This document shows, one piece after another, positions 10,913 to 21,246 of a stretch of 64,000 nt of DNA. This DNA comes from an uncultured Spirochaetota bacterium. Its GTDB lineage: Bacteria > Spirochaetota > Spirochaetia > SZUA-6 > Fen-1364. The stretch spans positions 384,001-448,000 of the forward strand of contig CAWGAA010000001.1 of assembly GCA_963820525.1 (NCBI GenBank), given 5' to 3'. The translations under genes were made by a program, and so were the position numbers. The notes below the pieces were generated by a model that saw nothing but the letters and a program-made list of their open reading frames with translations, was not told the origin of the DNA and did not search any database. The first letter of the stretch is position 1; each line of letters starts with the position of its first letter.

Positions 10913-11793
10913 CTACAGCCGCGAGCCGAAGAGTCCCTTCGGCCGGCTGAGGATCACGACGAGCATGACCACGAAGGCGATGGCGTTGGACCAGGTTCCG
11001 GACACGTAGCCCTGCACCAGCGCTTCGATGATCCCGAGGGCGAGCCCGACCACGAGCCCGCCGGCGAGGTTTCCCAGCCCCGCGATTATCGAGATTGCAA
11101 GAACCTTCTGGGCCACCTGCTCGCCCAGGTCCGCGGAGGCGTAGCCCAGGAGCGCGGCGAGGAAAAGGGCCGTTATCCCGCCGAGCAGGCCGGCCAGCGC
11201 GAAGCTCTGAAGGCCCGTGCGCAAAAGAGGGATTCCCGCCAGGCGGGCTCCATCCGGGTCTTCGGCGATGGCCCGGAATGAGCGTCCCGCCCTGCTTTTC
11301 GACAGCAGGAGAAAAAAGCCGCAAACGGCGAGGCCCCCCCAATGAGGGAAGCGACCTGTCCGCTCGAAATGCTGATGAGGCCGAACCTGAATACGCTTGC
11401 CCCCGCGAACGATACGGGAAAAGCGACGGGAAGCCCGTTGTTGAATCCGTGCGAGAGAACGTCCGTGACGACAAGCCCGATCCCGAGGGACATCACCATG
11501 GTGCTGTTGATGTCGACATCGGTGCGCCTGCGCGTTGCCTTCTGGAAAAGGGGCGCCGACGCGAGGCTGATCAGGATGGAGGCGGCCACCGCCGCCAGGG
11601 AGCCGAGGACCAGATCGTTTCCCGAAAGGCGCAGAACGAACCAGGCCGCGTACATCGAGAGAACGACGAGCTGGGGATACGAATAATGGATGATCATGGC
11701 GACGAGGAGCAGGAGATTGAACCCCGTGACCAGAAGCACGTACATGCTTCCGATGGAGAGGCCGTTTATGACCTGGGCGACGAGCACCTCCAT
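10913..11793 (-). CDS. livH: branched-chain amino acid ABC transporter permease (LivH-like), frameshifted at 11334-11340
   Basis: N-half QVINGLSIGSMY in one frame; C-half GRSFRAIAED...IIAGLGN...RPKGLFG in another; junction is a G7 run. Confidence 0.85.
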
Positions 11794-11795
11794 GC

Positions 11796-12533
11796 CTAGG
11801 CTCCCAGGTACGCCGAACGCACGCCGGGATCCCCGCGAAGCTCATCCGATGCGCCCGACAGCGCGACGGTGCCCGTCTCAAGGACTATCGCCCGCGAGGC
11901 GCAGGCGAGCGCCTTGTTTGCGTTCTGTTCCGCCAGGAGGATCGTGTAGCCCTCCCCGTTCAAGCGCTCGAGGATGGAGAACACCTCGGCCACGATTTTC
12001 GGAGCGAGCCCCAGCGACGGCTCGTCCACCATGACGAGCGCGGGGCCGGACATGAGGGCCCGCCCGATGGCGAGCATCCGCCTTTCCCCGCCGCTCAAGG
12101 TACCGGCGAGCTGCATCGATCGCCCCTTGAGGATGGGAAACCAGTCGAAGAGGCGGCTCAGGCGCGCCCCGCTCCCCTTCATGTCGTTGCGCGCCCCGAT
12201 GAGAAGGTTGTCAAGGACGCTCATCGAAGCGAAGACTCCGCGCCCCTCGGGGACGAGGCTCATGCCGGCGCGCACGTTCCTGTCCGCCGATGCCCCGGCT
12301 ATCGAAATGCCCCGGAAGCGGATCGAACCCGAATCGGGGGTGTGAATGCCCAGCACCGTCTCCAGAAGGGTCGTCTTTCCGGCGCCGTTCGCCCCGAGCA
12401 GTGCCACGATCTCGCCCTCCCGCACTTCCAGGCTCACTCCCTTGAGGGCCTCGACGCGGCCGAAAGAGACGCGAAGCTCATCCACGGCGAGCAGAGGCGC
12501 CCCCCGCGGGGCGGCGTCACGCTTCGGCGCCAA
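11796..12533 (-). CDS. livF: branched-chain amino acid ABC transporter ATP-binding protein (LivF-like); start uncertain
   Basis: GANGAGKT, VPEGRGVF, LSGGE, DEPSLGLAP, LAEQN. Confidence 0.9.
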   Translation of the reverse strand: MAPKRDAAPRGAPLLAVDELRVSFGRVEALKGVSLEVREGEIVALLGANGAGKTTLLETVLGIHTPDSGSIRFRGISIAGASADRNVRAGMSLVPEGRGVFASMSVLDNLLIGARNDMKGSGARLSRLFDWFPILKGRSMQLAGTLSGGERRMLAIGRALMSGPALVMVDEPSLGLAPKIVAEVFSILERLNGEGYTILLAEQNANKALACASRAIVLETGTVALSGASDELRGDPGVRSAYLGA

Positions 12534-13275
12534 GGTAGGCCTCCCGGACCCGGGGGTCCTCCCGCACTTCACCTGGAGCTCCTTCGGCGATCTTCCTGCC
12601 GAAGTTCAATACCGACACCCGATCCGACATGCTCATCAGAGTCCGCACATCATGGCTGACGACGACGACCGTGATCCCGGAATCGTGGATCCCGCGGATG
12701 ATTCTCTCGATCCGCTCCGCCTCCCGCGAGCCCATGCCGGAGGCGGGCTCGTCCAGGAGGAGCAACTTCGGCCCGGAAACAAGCGCGCGCGCGATCTGGA
12801 CGAGCTGGCGCTCGACCCAGGAAAGGCTGTCCGCCCACCGCTCCCCGAAATCGGCCATTCCCACCAGATCCAGCGCTTCACGCGCCCGCCCCCGAAGCGC
12901 CGCTTCCTTTCGCGAGGCCGTGAAGGGAAGCCTCAGGCTCATGTCGGCGAGCGAGCTGCCGATGCCCTCGTTGTCTCCGCTCATGACGTTCTCCAGGGCC
13001 GTGAGGGAGGCCACGAGGCGCGCCATTTGGAAGGTGCGCCGCACTCCCCTTGCGGCGATGAGCTCGGCCCTCATGCCCGTGATGTCGTTCCCTTCCAGAA
13101 GAATCCGCCCGGAGTCCGGCCTGAGAAGCCCCGTCACGCAATCGAAGAGCGTCGTCTTGCCCGACCCATTGGGACCGATGATCCCATGGATCGCGCCCGT
13201 GGCGAGATCCATGTCCAGGGAATCGAGAGCGCAGAGCGCGCCGAAAGATTTGCTCAAACCCCGGACCCGAAGCAT
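12517..13275 (-). CDS. livG: branched-chain amino acid ABC transporter ATP-binding protein (LivG-like)
   Basis: GPNGSGKT, RTFQ, LLDEPASG, VREAYLG; AGGAGG RBS. Confidence 0.9.
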   Translation of the reverse strand: MLRVRGLSKSFGALCALDSLDMDLATGAIHGIIGPNGSGKTTLFDCVTGLLRPDSGRILLEGNDITGMRAELIAARGVRRTFQMARLVASLTALENVMSGDNEGIGSSLADMSLRLPFTASRKEAALRGRAREALDLVGMADFGERWADSLSWVERQLVQIARALVSGPKLLLLDEPASGMGSREAERIERIIRGIHDSGITVVVVSHDVRTLMSMSDRVSVLNFGRKIAEGAPGEVREDPRVREAYLGAEA

Positions 13276-13300
13276 GACGAGCCCTCCTGGCGCGCCCATC

Positions 13301-14230
13301 TCAACCGTCGACGAACGGGATCCCGATGTGCTGGAGGTCCCGCGTCAGGAAGGAGGGGGGGAAGATCTCGCGCGCCTCTTGCAGGAGCTTCTTCAGCTCC
13401 CTGTCCGAGTAGCGCGGGCTGTAGTGGATCATGCCGAGCTGATTCACCTCGCCGTCACGGGCGATGCGGGCGGCCTGGGAGGCCGTGAGGTGCCTCTTCT
13501 CGAGGGCGGTTTCCGCAAGCTCCTCGGCGAACATCCCCTCACAGATGAACAGGTCCGCGCCACGCACGAAATCGGACAGGCCGGAGGCTGCCACCGTGTC
13601 CGTTGCAAAGCAGAACTTCCTCCCGCGCCTCCTGTCTCCCATGACCTCCCGGGAGGCGACGACGCGGCCGTCCGGCAGGGTCACCGATTCTCCGCCTTGA
13701 AGCTCGGACCACAACGGACCGCGCGGAACGCCGAGGGCCGTCGCCTTCTCGGGAAAGAACACCCCCGGCCGCATCTCCTCTTCGAGGCAATAGGCGAGGC
13801 ATTGCTTCGTGTGGGAGAGCGGGAACGAGCTGATCTGGTATCCTTCTCCCTTGAAAACCGTGGCGCACCCCTCGATCTCTTTCACAATGATCTCGTAGTT
13901 GATATACATGTCGAGCGTGCGCCTCATGGCTTCGACGAAATCCTTGATCTTCGGCGGGCCGAAGATGTACAGCGGCTCGTCCCTGTCGACCTGGGAGGAG
14001 AGCATGAGGATCCCGGGCAGGCCCGTGACGTGGTCCGCGTGGGTGTGAGAGATGAAGATGCTGGTGATCTTCTTCCACCGCAGGTTCAGCCGCCGGAGGC
14101 TTATCTGGGTGCCTTCCCCGCAGTCGAAGAGGAACAGCTCCCCCTCCCTGCGGACGAGGACCGACGTGAGCGCCCTTCCCGGGAGGGGCATCATTCCCCC
14201 GGTTCCAAGAACGAATACCTCGAGATTCAT
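13301..14230 (-). CDS. rnz: ribonuclease Z
   Basis: LGTGG, FDCGEGTQ, HTHADH, GP-rich exosite, HYSPRY. Confidence 0.95.
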   Translation of the reverse strand: MNLEVFVLGTGGMMPLPGRALTSVLVRREGELFLFDCGEGTQISLRRLNLRWKKITSIFISHTHADHVTGLPGILMLSSQVDRDEPLYIFGPPKIKDFVEAMRRTLDMYINYEIIVKEIEGCATVFKGEGYQISSFPLSHTKQCLAYCLEEEMRPGVFFPEKATALGVPRGPLWSELQGGESVTLPDGRVVASREVMGDRRRGRKFCFATDTVAASGLSDFVRGADLFICEGMFAEELAETALEKRHLTASQAARIARDGEVNQLGMIHYSPRYSDRELKKLLQEAREIFPPSFLTRDLQHIGIPFVDG

Positions 14231-14245
14231 GCCTGTATCCGCCGT

Positions 14246-17197
14246 CTACTCTGGAATTTCGCGCACGCTCGCCGCGAGCTCGGCCATCTCCCGCCCCGCC
14301 CGCTCGATCGCCGCGCGGTTGGAGATGACGACCGAGAACCCTTTCTCGTAGCCGTCGAGGAGGATCCGCGCGGCTTCGACCAGCGAGGTGCGATCCATGC
14401 CCAGCACGCGGGATCTGTGCGACTGGCGAAGCTCGTCGGTAATCCCGTACAGCCGTCGCTGGAGGCCCACGAGGCCCTTTTCTGAAGGGTCCATCGGCCT
14501 TTCTTCCTTTCCCACCGTGCCGATCACGGCGCGGTCGATGTCCTTCTCGTCCAGCCCGCCGTCCGCGGCGCGCGCCAGGGCTTCTCGGAAAGCTCCGAGC
14601 GTGCGCACGATGTTCGGGTCCCTGTACGAGGCGAAGAGGAACACACCATCCACGCTCCGGGGGTACGAGAACGCGCCGTAGGCGCCCCCCTCCATCCGCA
14701 CGGACTCCCAAAGGTGCCCCGTGGAGAGGAGGTGGCCGAGCACGGTCTGTGCGGCGCTCTTCGGCTCCTGGTAAAAGATCCCCGTTATCGCCCGTGCAAC
14801 ATACCCGACGGTGGCGCTCGTGACAAGAGATTCCGCGCCGCCGCCTGTTGGACTGAATGCCGGGCGGGCTTCCGCCGGATGAGCCATGCGGGGGTCCGGG
14901 ATCGATGAGGAGAACTCTCCCAGGGCCGATGCAAGCTGCCCGAAGCCCTCACCGGGGGCTGTCGCGTTCAGGATCATGCGGCCGCGCCTGACAAGCGAAT
15001 CGCGGATCTTTTCCAGCCCCTCTCTCACGCCGGAAAGCCGCTCGTCCACGTGCGATGCCAGCTCCTCGAGGAAAACGAGCTGCGTGACCCCTTTCCACGT
15101 CTCCTCTCTCGCGGCGGAGGGGCAGAGCCGTGCGGCCGCGCGCAGCAATGCGAAATGATGCCCTGCGGGAACGAGACTCGATTTTTCGTCGTTTCGAAGC
15201 TCGAGGATCATGTCGCGCAATCGCGATTCATCCGCGAAGTCCGCGCTGAGGAGCAGTCGACGGACAAGATCGAGGGCGGGCACAAGGTTCTTCCACAGCG
15301 CCTTCACCCTGAAGAGCATGTTTTGGCCGATCCCGTTCCGGCTGCCCACGATCCCGCTTGCGTCCACCGAGGAGAAGAAGCCCCCCGTCAGGCGGAACAG
15401 CTCGACCGCCATGTCGGCGTAGGATACCCCGGGAACTCCGCTGCCGCAGACGGCCTTGCAGAAGAGGGGCAGGAGCAGGGAGAGGCCCTCGTCGAGACCT
15501 TCAAGCGGAAACAGGATGTCGATATAGGCGATTCCATTGGTGAAGATATCGTGAAGGAACAATGGAACGCCGCCGGGAAGCGATTGCTCCAAGGTGGGTA
15601 TTTTCTCCACGGCGGCAGGCAGGTCCTTTCGGGCGAGGAAAGGGATCTTGGCGAGCTCCTCGGGGTTTTCAGCGCGCTTCTGGAATGCCGTGAAAGCTTC
15701 GGCGTCAGCTTCGAGCTTCCGCCTCCCCTCGGGATCGATGCCGGCGGAGAGAGCTGCAAGATGCCGAGAGAGCTCCTCGGATTCACTTTTTTCCTGATCG
15801 GGATCCGGCCGTACCACGAGAACGACCCGGTGTTGATTCGAAAGGAGCTCACGCTCGATTACGCCCTCGAAATACTTCGGATCTTCCGACAGCTCTTCCC
15901 GCAGCCTCTCCATTACGGGGGTGAAGGCGAGGGATGCTGCCGGGTCCAGGCCGTAGCTCCAGCCTCTGAGGGTCCGCCTCATGAGCCGAAGCGCGTACGG
16001 ACCGCCCCCTCCCCGGATCTCCCTGTTCCTGAACTCGACCCTGTTGATCACGGATTCGATGAGCGAAGGATCGATCCCGTCCCGGCAAAGCGATGAGAGG
16101 GTATCGAGAATCAGCCCGCGGATCTCCCCTTCCCGGTCCGGCTGCGTGCCCCGCAGGCCCACGCAGAACACGCTCTGCAAGAGCTCCGTCTCCAGGCCGC
16201 TGGCCGGGGAGAGATCCTCGCCGAGGCCGGAGTCAACCAGGCGCTTTCGAAGCGGGGAGCCCGCGTTTGCGATGAGGATGTCGCAGAGCACCTCGAGGGT
16301 GAGAAGCGCGAGCGGATCCGTCACGGGCTGTGAGAGCCAGCTCATGCACACGGTGGACCTTTTCTCCGTCGGCGTTCCCGGCCGCACGGGGAAGGTCTTC
16401 TCGAGCCTGCGCTCCGATTCCCAGCGGCTCTGGGGCGGAAGCGGCTCGGCGGCCGCCTCCCGGCCGAATGAGGCGAGCAGCTGCCGCTGGAGGAACTCGA
16501 GCTTCTCCTCGACCGGGATGTTCCCGTAGAGGAAGATCCTGCAATTCGAGGGATGGTAATAGCGGGCATGGTAGCTCTTGAGATCCGACAGCGCGAGGGA
16601 GGGGATCGCCTTCGGGTCCCCTCCGGAATCGAAACGGTATGGGGTGTCGGGAAACAGGCTTCTGTACGCCCACTCGCCCACCACGGACTCGGGGCTGGAG
16701 TAGGCCCCCTTCATCTCGTTGTAGACGACGCCGGCATATTTCAGGATCTCCCCCTGCCGCTCGAGACGCCAGGCTTCCTGCATGAACGTCTCGGTGCGCA
16801 GGAGCGGAAAGAAGACTGCATCCCCGTAGACGAGCATCAGGTTGAAGTAATCGGCGTGGTTCAGGCTGGCGGCGGGGTAGACGGTCCTGTCGGGGAAGGT
16901 GAAGGCGTTGAGGAAGGTATGCATGCTTCCCTTCATGAGCACGGAGAAGGGCTCTTTCACGGTGAACCGCCGGGAGCCCGAAAGCACCGAGTGCTCGGTG
17001 ATGTGGGTGACACCCGTGTCGTTCGGCGGCGGCGTCATGAAAGAGAAAGCGAAAAGATTTTCGCGGTCATCCGCTGAGAGGTTAAAGACCTCGCACCCCG
17101 TGGCATCGTGCATCAAATGAAGCGCCTGGCACCTGTACTCGGCCACGTCGCTCGCCGACAGGACCCGAAAACCTTTGAGGATGTCGCCTGCTTTCAT
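14246..17197 (-). CDS. insulinase-family (M16C, presequence-protease-like) metallopeptidase
   Basis: HITEH inverted zinc motif, FLNAFT, GVVYNEMKG, RMEGGAYG, SYRDP. Confidence 0.92.
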   Translation of the reverse strand: MKAGDILKGFRVLSASDVAEYRCQALHLMHDATGCEVFNLSADDRENLFAFSFMTPPPNDTGVTHITEHSVLSGSRRFTVKEPFSVLMKGSMHTFLNAFTFPDRTVYPAASLNHADYFNLMLVYGDAVFFPLLRTETFMQEAWRLERQGEILKYAGVVYNEMKGAYSSPESVVGEWAYRSLFPDTPYRFDSGGDPKAIPSLALSDLKSYHARYYHPSNCRIFLYGNIPVEEKLEFLQRQLLASFGREAAAEPLPPQSRWESERRLEKTFPVRPGTPTEKRSTVCMSWLSQPVTDPLALLTLEVLCDILIANAGSPLRKRLVDSGLGEDLSPASGLETELLQSVFCVGLRGTQPDREGEIRGLILDTLSSLCRDGIDPSLIESVINRVEFRNREIRGGGGPYALRLMRRTLRGWSYGLDPAASLAFTPVMERLREELSEDPKYFEGVIERELLSNQHRVVLVVRPDPDQEKSESEELSRHLAALSAGIDPEGRRKLEADAEAFTAFQKRAENPEELAKIPFLARKDLPAAVEKIPTLEQSLPGGVPLFLHDIFTNGIAYIDILFPLEGLDEGLSLLLPLFCKAVCGSGVPGVSYADMAVELFRLTGGFFSSVDASGIVGSRNGIGQNMLFRVKALWKNLVPALDLVRRLLLSADFADESRLRDMILELRNDEKSSLVPAGHHFALLRAAARLCPSAAREETWKGVTQLVFLEELASHVDERLSGVREGLEKIRDSLVRRGRMILNATAPGEGFGQLASALGEFSSSIPDPRMAHPAEARPAFSPTGGGAESLVTSATVGYVARAITGIFYQEPKSAAQTVLGHLLSTGHLWESVRMEGGAYGAFSYPRSVDGVFLFASYRDPNIVRTLGAFREALARAADGGLDEKDIDRAVIGTVGKEERPMDPSEKGLVGLQRRLYGITDELRQSHRSRVLGMDRTSLVEAARILLDGYEKGFSVVISNRAAIERAGREMAELAASVREIPE

Positions 17198-17264
17198 TGG
17201 TTCTGAATATACGGGGGAATCAGCCCCCTGTCCATTCCGCGCCGAAGCTCGGCTGAAGCTCGTC

Positions 17265-18425
17265 TTACGGCCCTTCGCCCAAGTCCATGTTCTGCCAGAT
17301 GTCGGTCCGCTGGGCCGAGTAGGAAACCCGCTTGTAGCCGATTTCGATCTCGAGGGAGAGCCGGACCTTGCCCGCCTCGATTTTCGTTTCCGTATCCTCG
17401 GTAACGCCCTGGAGATTGAGGGGACGCTTCTCCCCATCACTGAAGAGAGTGCCCTGGACGCTCACGGCATCCCCCGAGCGGGTTACCGCGAGCTCGACGC
17501 CGGCCGTGACTTTCTTTCCGTCCCTTCCCGTGAAGGAGAGATCGCGGTTGAGGGCGAGCGGACTCGCGGAGAGCCTGTCGAATTTGACCTCCGCGCCGCC
17601 GAGGTCCTGAAGCTTGTAGATGATGTCGTTGTAGTGCGCCGCATTGGCCCGCACCACCTGCCGCTTTCCCGGCTTCACCTCCACCGGCTGCACCCAATCG
17701 TGGAACGTGAAATCGGGGAGGCTCACCACGCCGAAGCGGGAAAGATGGATCCGAAGTGAATGCGGGCCGGGCTTGACTCCCTCGACGATGAACGGGGTTT
17801 TCGTCTCCTCGGGGCTGTATCCCGAGAACTCCCCGTCGAGGAAGATCTCGGCGTCGATCAACCCCGCGTAGAGCGCGATGCTCCCCGGCGTTTCGTCCTG
17901 CAGAGAAAGGATGGAAAGCTCCCGCTGGGGCGAGCGCAGGCTGACGGTGGCTCCCGTCAGCTTCTGGATGATGCTCTCCGAGAGGGCATGAATCGTGTTC
18001 TCCGTGCTTCCCCTCTGGGAGAAGGTGACGGTCTTCGCCGTGGCCACCGCCGCGAGGGCCGCGTTCACCTGGATCTCCTCGCCGAGGAAGACGTATTCCG
18101 CGCGCAGGAGGTAGTCTGCGCCGAGGATCTTGCCCACTTCGAGGGCCTTTCCCTGGTCATCGATCACGGCGCTCAGCCGAAGCTCCTGCTCCTTGAGGAC
18201 GTCCTCGAGGTGCGACCTGTCGACCACCTGGATGTCCTTCTGCGACGTGATGTCGTAGAGGAGCAGCCCCTGGATGATTCCGGAAAGGTATTCGTGGCGG
18301 GGGTCTCCTCCGCGATTGGTGACGCCGAGAAGCGCGACGGTGACCTTCTCTGCGAAGGCCGAGACACTAACCAGGAGAAAGAGGGCGAGCGCGAAGGTTC
18401 GCGCCGTTCTGGAGGGCCGCATCAT
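17265..18425 (-). CDS. secreted CsgG/TolB-N-like plus PEGA-domain protein
   Basis: Signal peptide (VSAFA), VVDRSHLEDVLKEQEL...VGKILGADY, AEIFLDG. Confidence 0.7.
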   Translation of the reverse strand: MMRPSRTARTFALALFLLVSVSAFAEKVTVALLGVTNRGGDPRHEYLSGIIQGLLLYDITSQKDIQVVDRSHLEDVLKEQELRLSAVIDDQGKALEVGKILGADYLLRAEYVFLGEEIQVNAALAAVATAKTVTFSQRGSTENTIHALSESIIQKLTGATVSLRSPQRELSILSLQDETPGSIALYAGLIDAEIFLDGEFSGYSPEETKTPFIVEGVKPGPHSLRIHLSRFGVVSLPDFTFHDWVQPVEVKPGKRQVVRANAAHYNDIIYKLQDLGGAEVKFDRLSASPLALNRDLSFTGRDGKKVTAGVELAVTRSGDAVSVQGTLFSDGEKRPLNLQGVTEDTETKIEAGKVRLSLEIEIGYKRVSYSAQRTDIWQNMDLGEGP

Positions 18426-18504
18426 CCCGTGACTATCTCCCAAGGCTTGCCGATACGTCAAGCCTTTACAAAAGAGATTCATCGCGCCATACTGCCGCGG
18501 GACG

Positions 18505-19491
18505 ATGATGCTTCGCGAGCGACTGGAGCGTACCGCGCGCTTCCGCAATGAGACGAGGAAGTTCTTCTCTGAAAAGGGGTTCATCGAGGTGGACACTCCG
18601 GCGCTCTGTCCCGCCCTCATTCCCGAGGCGTCGATCGAGGTTTTCAAGACCGAGCTTGTGACAGCCTCGGGACGCGCGCATGATCTCTACCTTGCCCCAT
18701 CGCCGGAGCTGTGGATGAAGCGGCTTCTCGCCGATGGCTCGGGCAGCATTTTCCAGATAGCCCCGGCCTTCAGAAACGGCGACGGCGGATCCCCGATCCA
18801 CAACCCGGAGTTTCGTCTCCTGGAATGGTACCAGCCGGGCGCATCCTACACGGATTGCATTCCCTTCACGGAAGAGCTCATCGCGCGCCTGCTGGCTTCG
18901 GTCGGTACACGATGCCCGGCAGAGGAGATCTCCCCTCCCTTCCTCCGCATGACGATGTCCGAGGCCTTCGACAGGCATTGCGGCATCGAGCTTGCCCGCT
19001 GCCGGAAGACTCCCGAATTGGTGAAGAAAGGACAGCGGCTCGGCCTTGTGATGCCGAACGAGCCGACGTGGGAGGAAGCGTTTCATGTAATCTTTCTCAG
19101 CCTCGTTGAGCCCAACCTCCCGCGCGAGAAGCCGCTTGTGCTCCTCGATTATCCCGCGCTCATCCCCACGACCGCCCGGCGCAAGAGAGGCACTCCCTTT
19201 GCCGAGCGGTGGGAGCTCTATTTGCGGGGAGTCGAGATCGCCAACTGCTATTCGGAAGAGACCGACCCCGAAGAGATCAGGAAATTTCTCACGGGCGAGG
19301 AAGAGCGAAAGAAGACCAGCCCGGTTTCCCACCCCACCGACTCCGGCTTCGCCCGGGCAATCGAGAAAGGCCTGCCCGCCTGCGCGGGAGTAGCGCTGGG
19401 ACTGGACAGACTGGAGATGGTATTCTGCGGCGAGACATCACTGGAGGGGGTGATCTTGTTCCCGATTTCTGATACACTCCGCGGCATATAA
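18505..19491 (+). CDS. epmA: EF-P lysine aminoacylase
   Basis: IEVDTP, LAPSPELWMKRLL, HNPEF, ERWELY, GVALGLDRL; directly upstream of efp. Confidence 0.9.
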   Translation: MMLRERLERTARFRNETRKFFSEKGFIEVDTPALCPALIPEASIEVFKTELVTASGRAHDLYLAPSPELWMKRLLADGSGSIFQIAPAFRNGDGGSPIHNPEFRLLEWYQPGASYTDCIPFTEELIARLLASVGTRCPAEEISPPFLRMTMSEAFDRHCGIELARCRKTPELVKKGQRLGLVMPNEPTWEEAFHVIFLSLVEPNLPREKPLVLLDYPALIPTTARRKRGTPFAERWELYLRGVEIANCYSEETDPEEIRKFLTGEEERKKTSPVSHPTDSGFARAIEKGLPACAGVALGLDRLEMVFCGETSLEGVILFPISDTLRGI

Positions 19492-19516
19492 TCCGGAACA
19501 AACCGAGAGGAAACAC

Positions 19517-20080
19517 ATGATCAAGGCGAGCGATATCTCCAAGGGCATGTTCATCCTGATCAAGAACGAACCCCACGTCTGCGTGGAGCGTGAGTACGTG
19601 AATCCGGGCAAGGGCTCCGCCTTCGTGAGGCTGAAGCTGAAGAATATAAAGTCGGGCCTCGTTGTCCGGCAGACCAACAAGGCCCAGGACAACCTGGAAG
19701 ACGTCAACGTGGAGTACAGGGACGTTCAGTTCCTCTACACGGACGAGGAAAGCTACCATTTCATGGACACGAAAAGCTACGAGCAGCTGGCCATCCCCGT
19801 GGAGGGAAACGAGGAGAAAAAGGACTTCCTCAAGGACGGAGAGATGTACCAGGTGGTCTTCTGGGAAAACACCCCCATCGATATCAAGCTGCCGACAAAG
19901 ATGGTCTTCACCGTGGCCGAGGCCGAGAAGGCCGAGCGGGGCGACACGGTGAGCGGGGCGACCAAGACCATCACCTGCGAGACGGGCCTGAAGGTGAAGG
20001 TCCCCCTCTTCATCAAGCAGGGCGACAAGATCCTCGTCAATACGGAAACCAGAGAGTACCAGGAGCGCGTGAACTCCTAG
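19517..20080 (+). CDS. efp: translation elongation factor P
   Basis: NPGKGSAF loop, RGDT, ETG, VPLFI. Confidence 0.97.
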   Translation: MIKASDISKGMFILIKNEPHVCVEREYVNPGKGSAFVRLKLKNIKSGLVVRQTNKAQDNLEDVNVEYRDVQFLYTDEESYHFMDTKSYEQLAIPVEGNEEKKDFLKDGEMYQVVFWENTPIDIKLPTKMVFTVAEAEKAERGDTVSGATKTITCETGLKVKVPLFIKQGDKILVNTETREYQERVNS

Positions 20081-20091
20081 CAGAAAGCCGC

Positions 20092-21240
20092 ATGCAGCTC
20101 TCCCCAACCCTCTTTCTCGTCGCTACCGGGCACTTTATCAACGATATCTACATGGGGTTCCTCGCCCCGCTGTATCCGTTGATCATGGAGAAGTTCAACC
20201 TCTCCCTCTCCCTGGTAGGCACGATCTCCATGGTGGCTGCCCTGGCCTCGGCGCTCAGCCAACCCCTCTTCGGGATGCTCTTCGACCGCTACGGCGCCTC
20301 GATCGCCCTGTACCTCGCTCCGCTGGTCACGGGGGTGTTCGTGAGCCTCATGGGGGCGGCGCCGAGCTTCCCCCTCTTCCTTGCCGTCCTCTTCATCGGC
20401 TGCCTCGGGTCCGCCGCTTTCCACCCTACCGGGGCATCTGTGACTCCTTCCCTGAGCGGAAAGCATCCCGAGGTGGGCATGGCGCTGTTCAGCGCCGGGG
20501 GAAACCTCGGCTTCGCAGCGGGGCCCGCCGTCATTGCCTTCTTCATCGCCGCGTTCGGCTACCAGGCATCCCCCATGCTCGCCCTGCCCGCCGTCGCGGT
20601 GGCAATGGCGCTGTTCTTTCTGCTGCCCATTGCCTCCCTGCGGGAAAAGACGCGGAGGGCGGCACGGATCTCCTGGCGCGATCTGTTCGCCGACAAGAGG
20701 CAGAGCCGCATCGTGCTGCGACTCGTCTTCATCAACTTCTGTCTCACGGTCGGGATCCGGGGAATGCAGACCTTCCTGCCGATCCACCTGGCATCCGGCG
20801 GCATGCCGCTGACATCCATCGGCATACTCTTCACGGTGATGCTGGCGCTCGGAGCCCTGATCTCGATCTGGACGAGCGCGATTTCCCGGACTGCCGGCCG
20901 GCGCCCGCTCATCCTCGCCTCGATCCTTGCCGGAGTCCCTTTATTCCTCCTTGGAGTTCTTCTGCTCCCCTCCCCCCCGGGAAGCATCCTCATCGTTCTC
21001 TCCGGGGTTGCCCTCACCTCCTCCAATCCCATCCTCATCCTCTTTGCGCAGACGTATTCCGGAAACTCCCCCGCCATGGCCTCGTCTCTTCTCATGGGTC
21101 TTTCCTGGGGCATCGCGGGGCTCGCGATGGTGCCGCTGGGAATCCTGGGGGAGCTGATCGGGGTGAAGAGCATGCTCGTCCTGGCAAGCCTTTTTCCGCT
21201 CCTCGGCATCGTCGCATGCCTGCGGGTGCCGAATCGCTAA
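20092..21240 (+). CDS. MFS transporter (Fsr-like)
   Basis: GHFINDIY, QPLFG, AAFHP, GGNLGFA; about 12 TM. Confidence 0.85.
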   Translation: MQLSPTLFLVATGHFINDIYMGFLAPLYPLIMEKFNLSLSLVGTISMVAALASALSQPLFGMLFDRYGASIALYLAPLVTGVFVSLMGAAPSFPLFLAVLFIGCLGSAAFHPTGASVTPSLSGKHPEVGMALFSAGGNLGFAAGPAVIAFFIAAFGYQASPMLALPAVAVAMALFFLLPIASLREKTRRAARISWRDLFADKRQSRIVLRLVFINFCLTVGIRGMQTFLPIHLASGGMPLTSIGILFTVMLALGALISIWTSAISRTAGRRPLILASILAGVPLFLLGVLLLPSPPGSILIVLSGVALTSSNPILILFAQTYSGNSPAMASSLLMGLSWGIAGLAMVPLGILGELIGVKSMLVLASLFPLLGIVACLRVPNR

Positions 21241-21246
21241 GGCCTT

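Noticed and set aside
12629..14485. Long antisense or alternative-frame ORFs (also 27823-29505, 46912-48534, 55598-56758, 10062-11474)
   Set aside because: Expected in high-GC DNA opposite real genes; no recognisable motifs.
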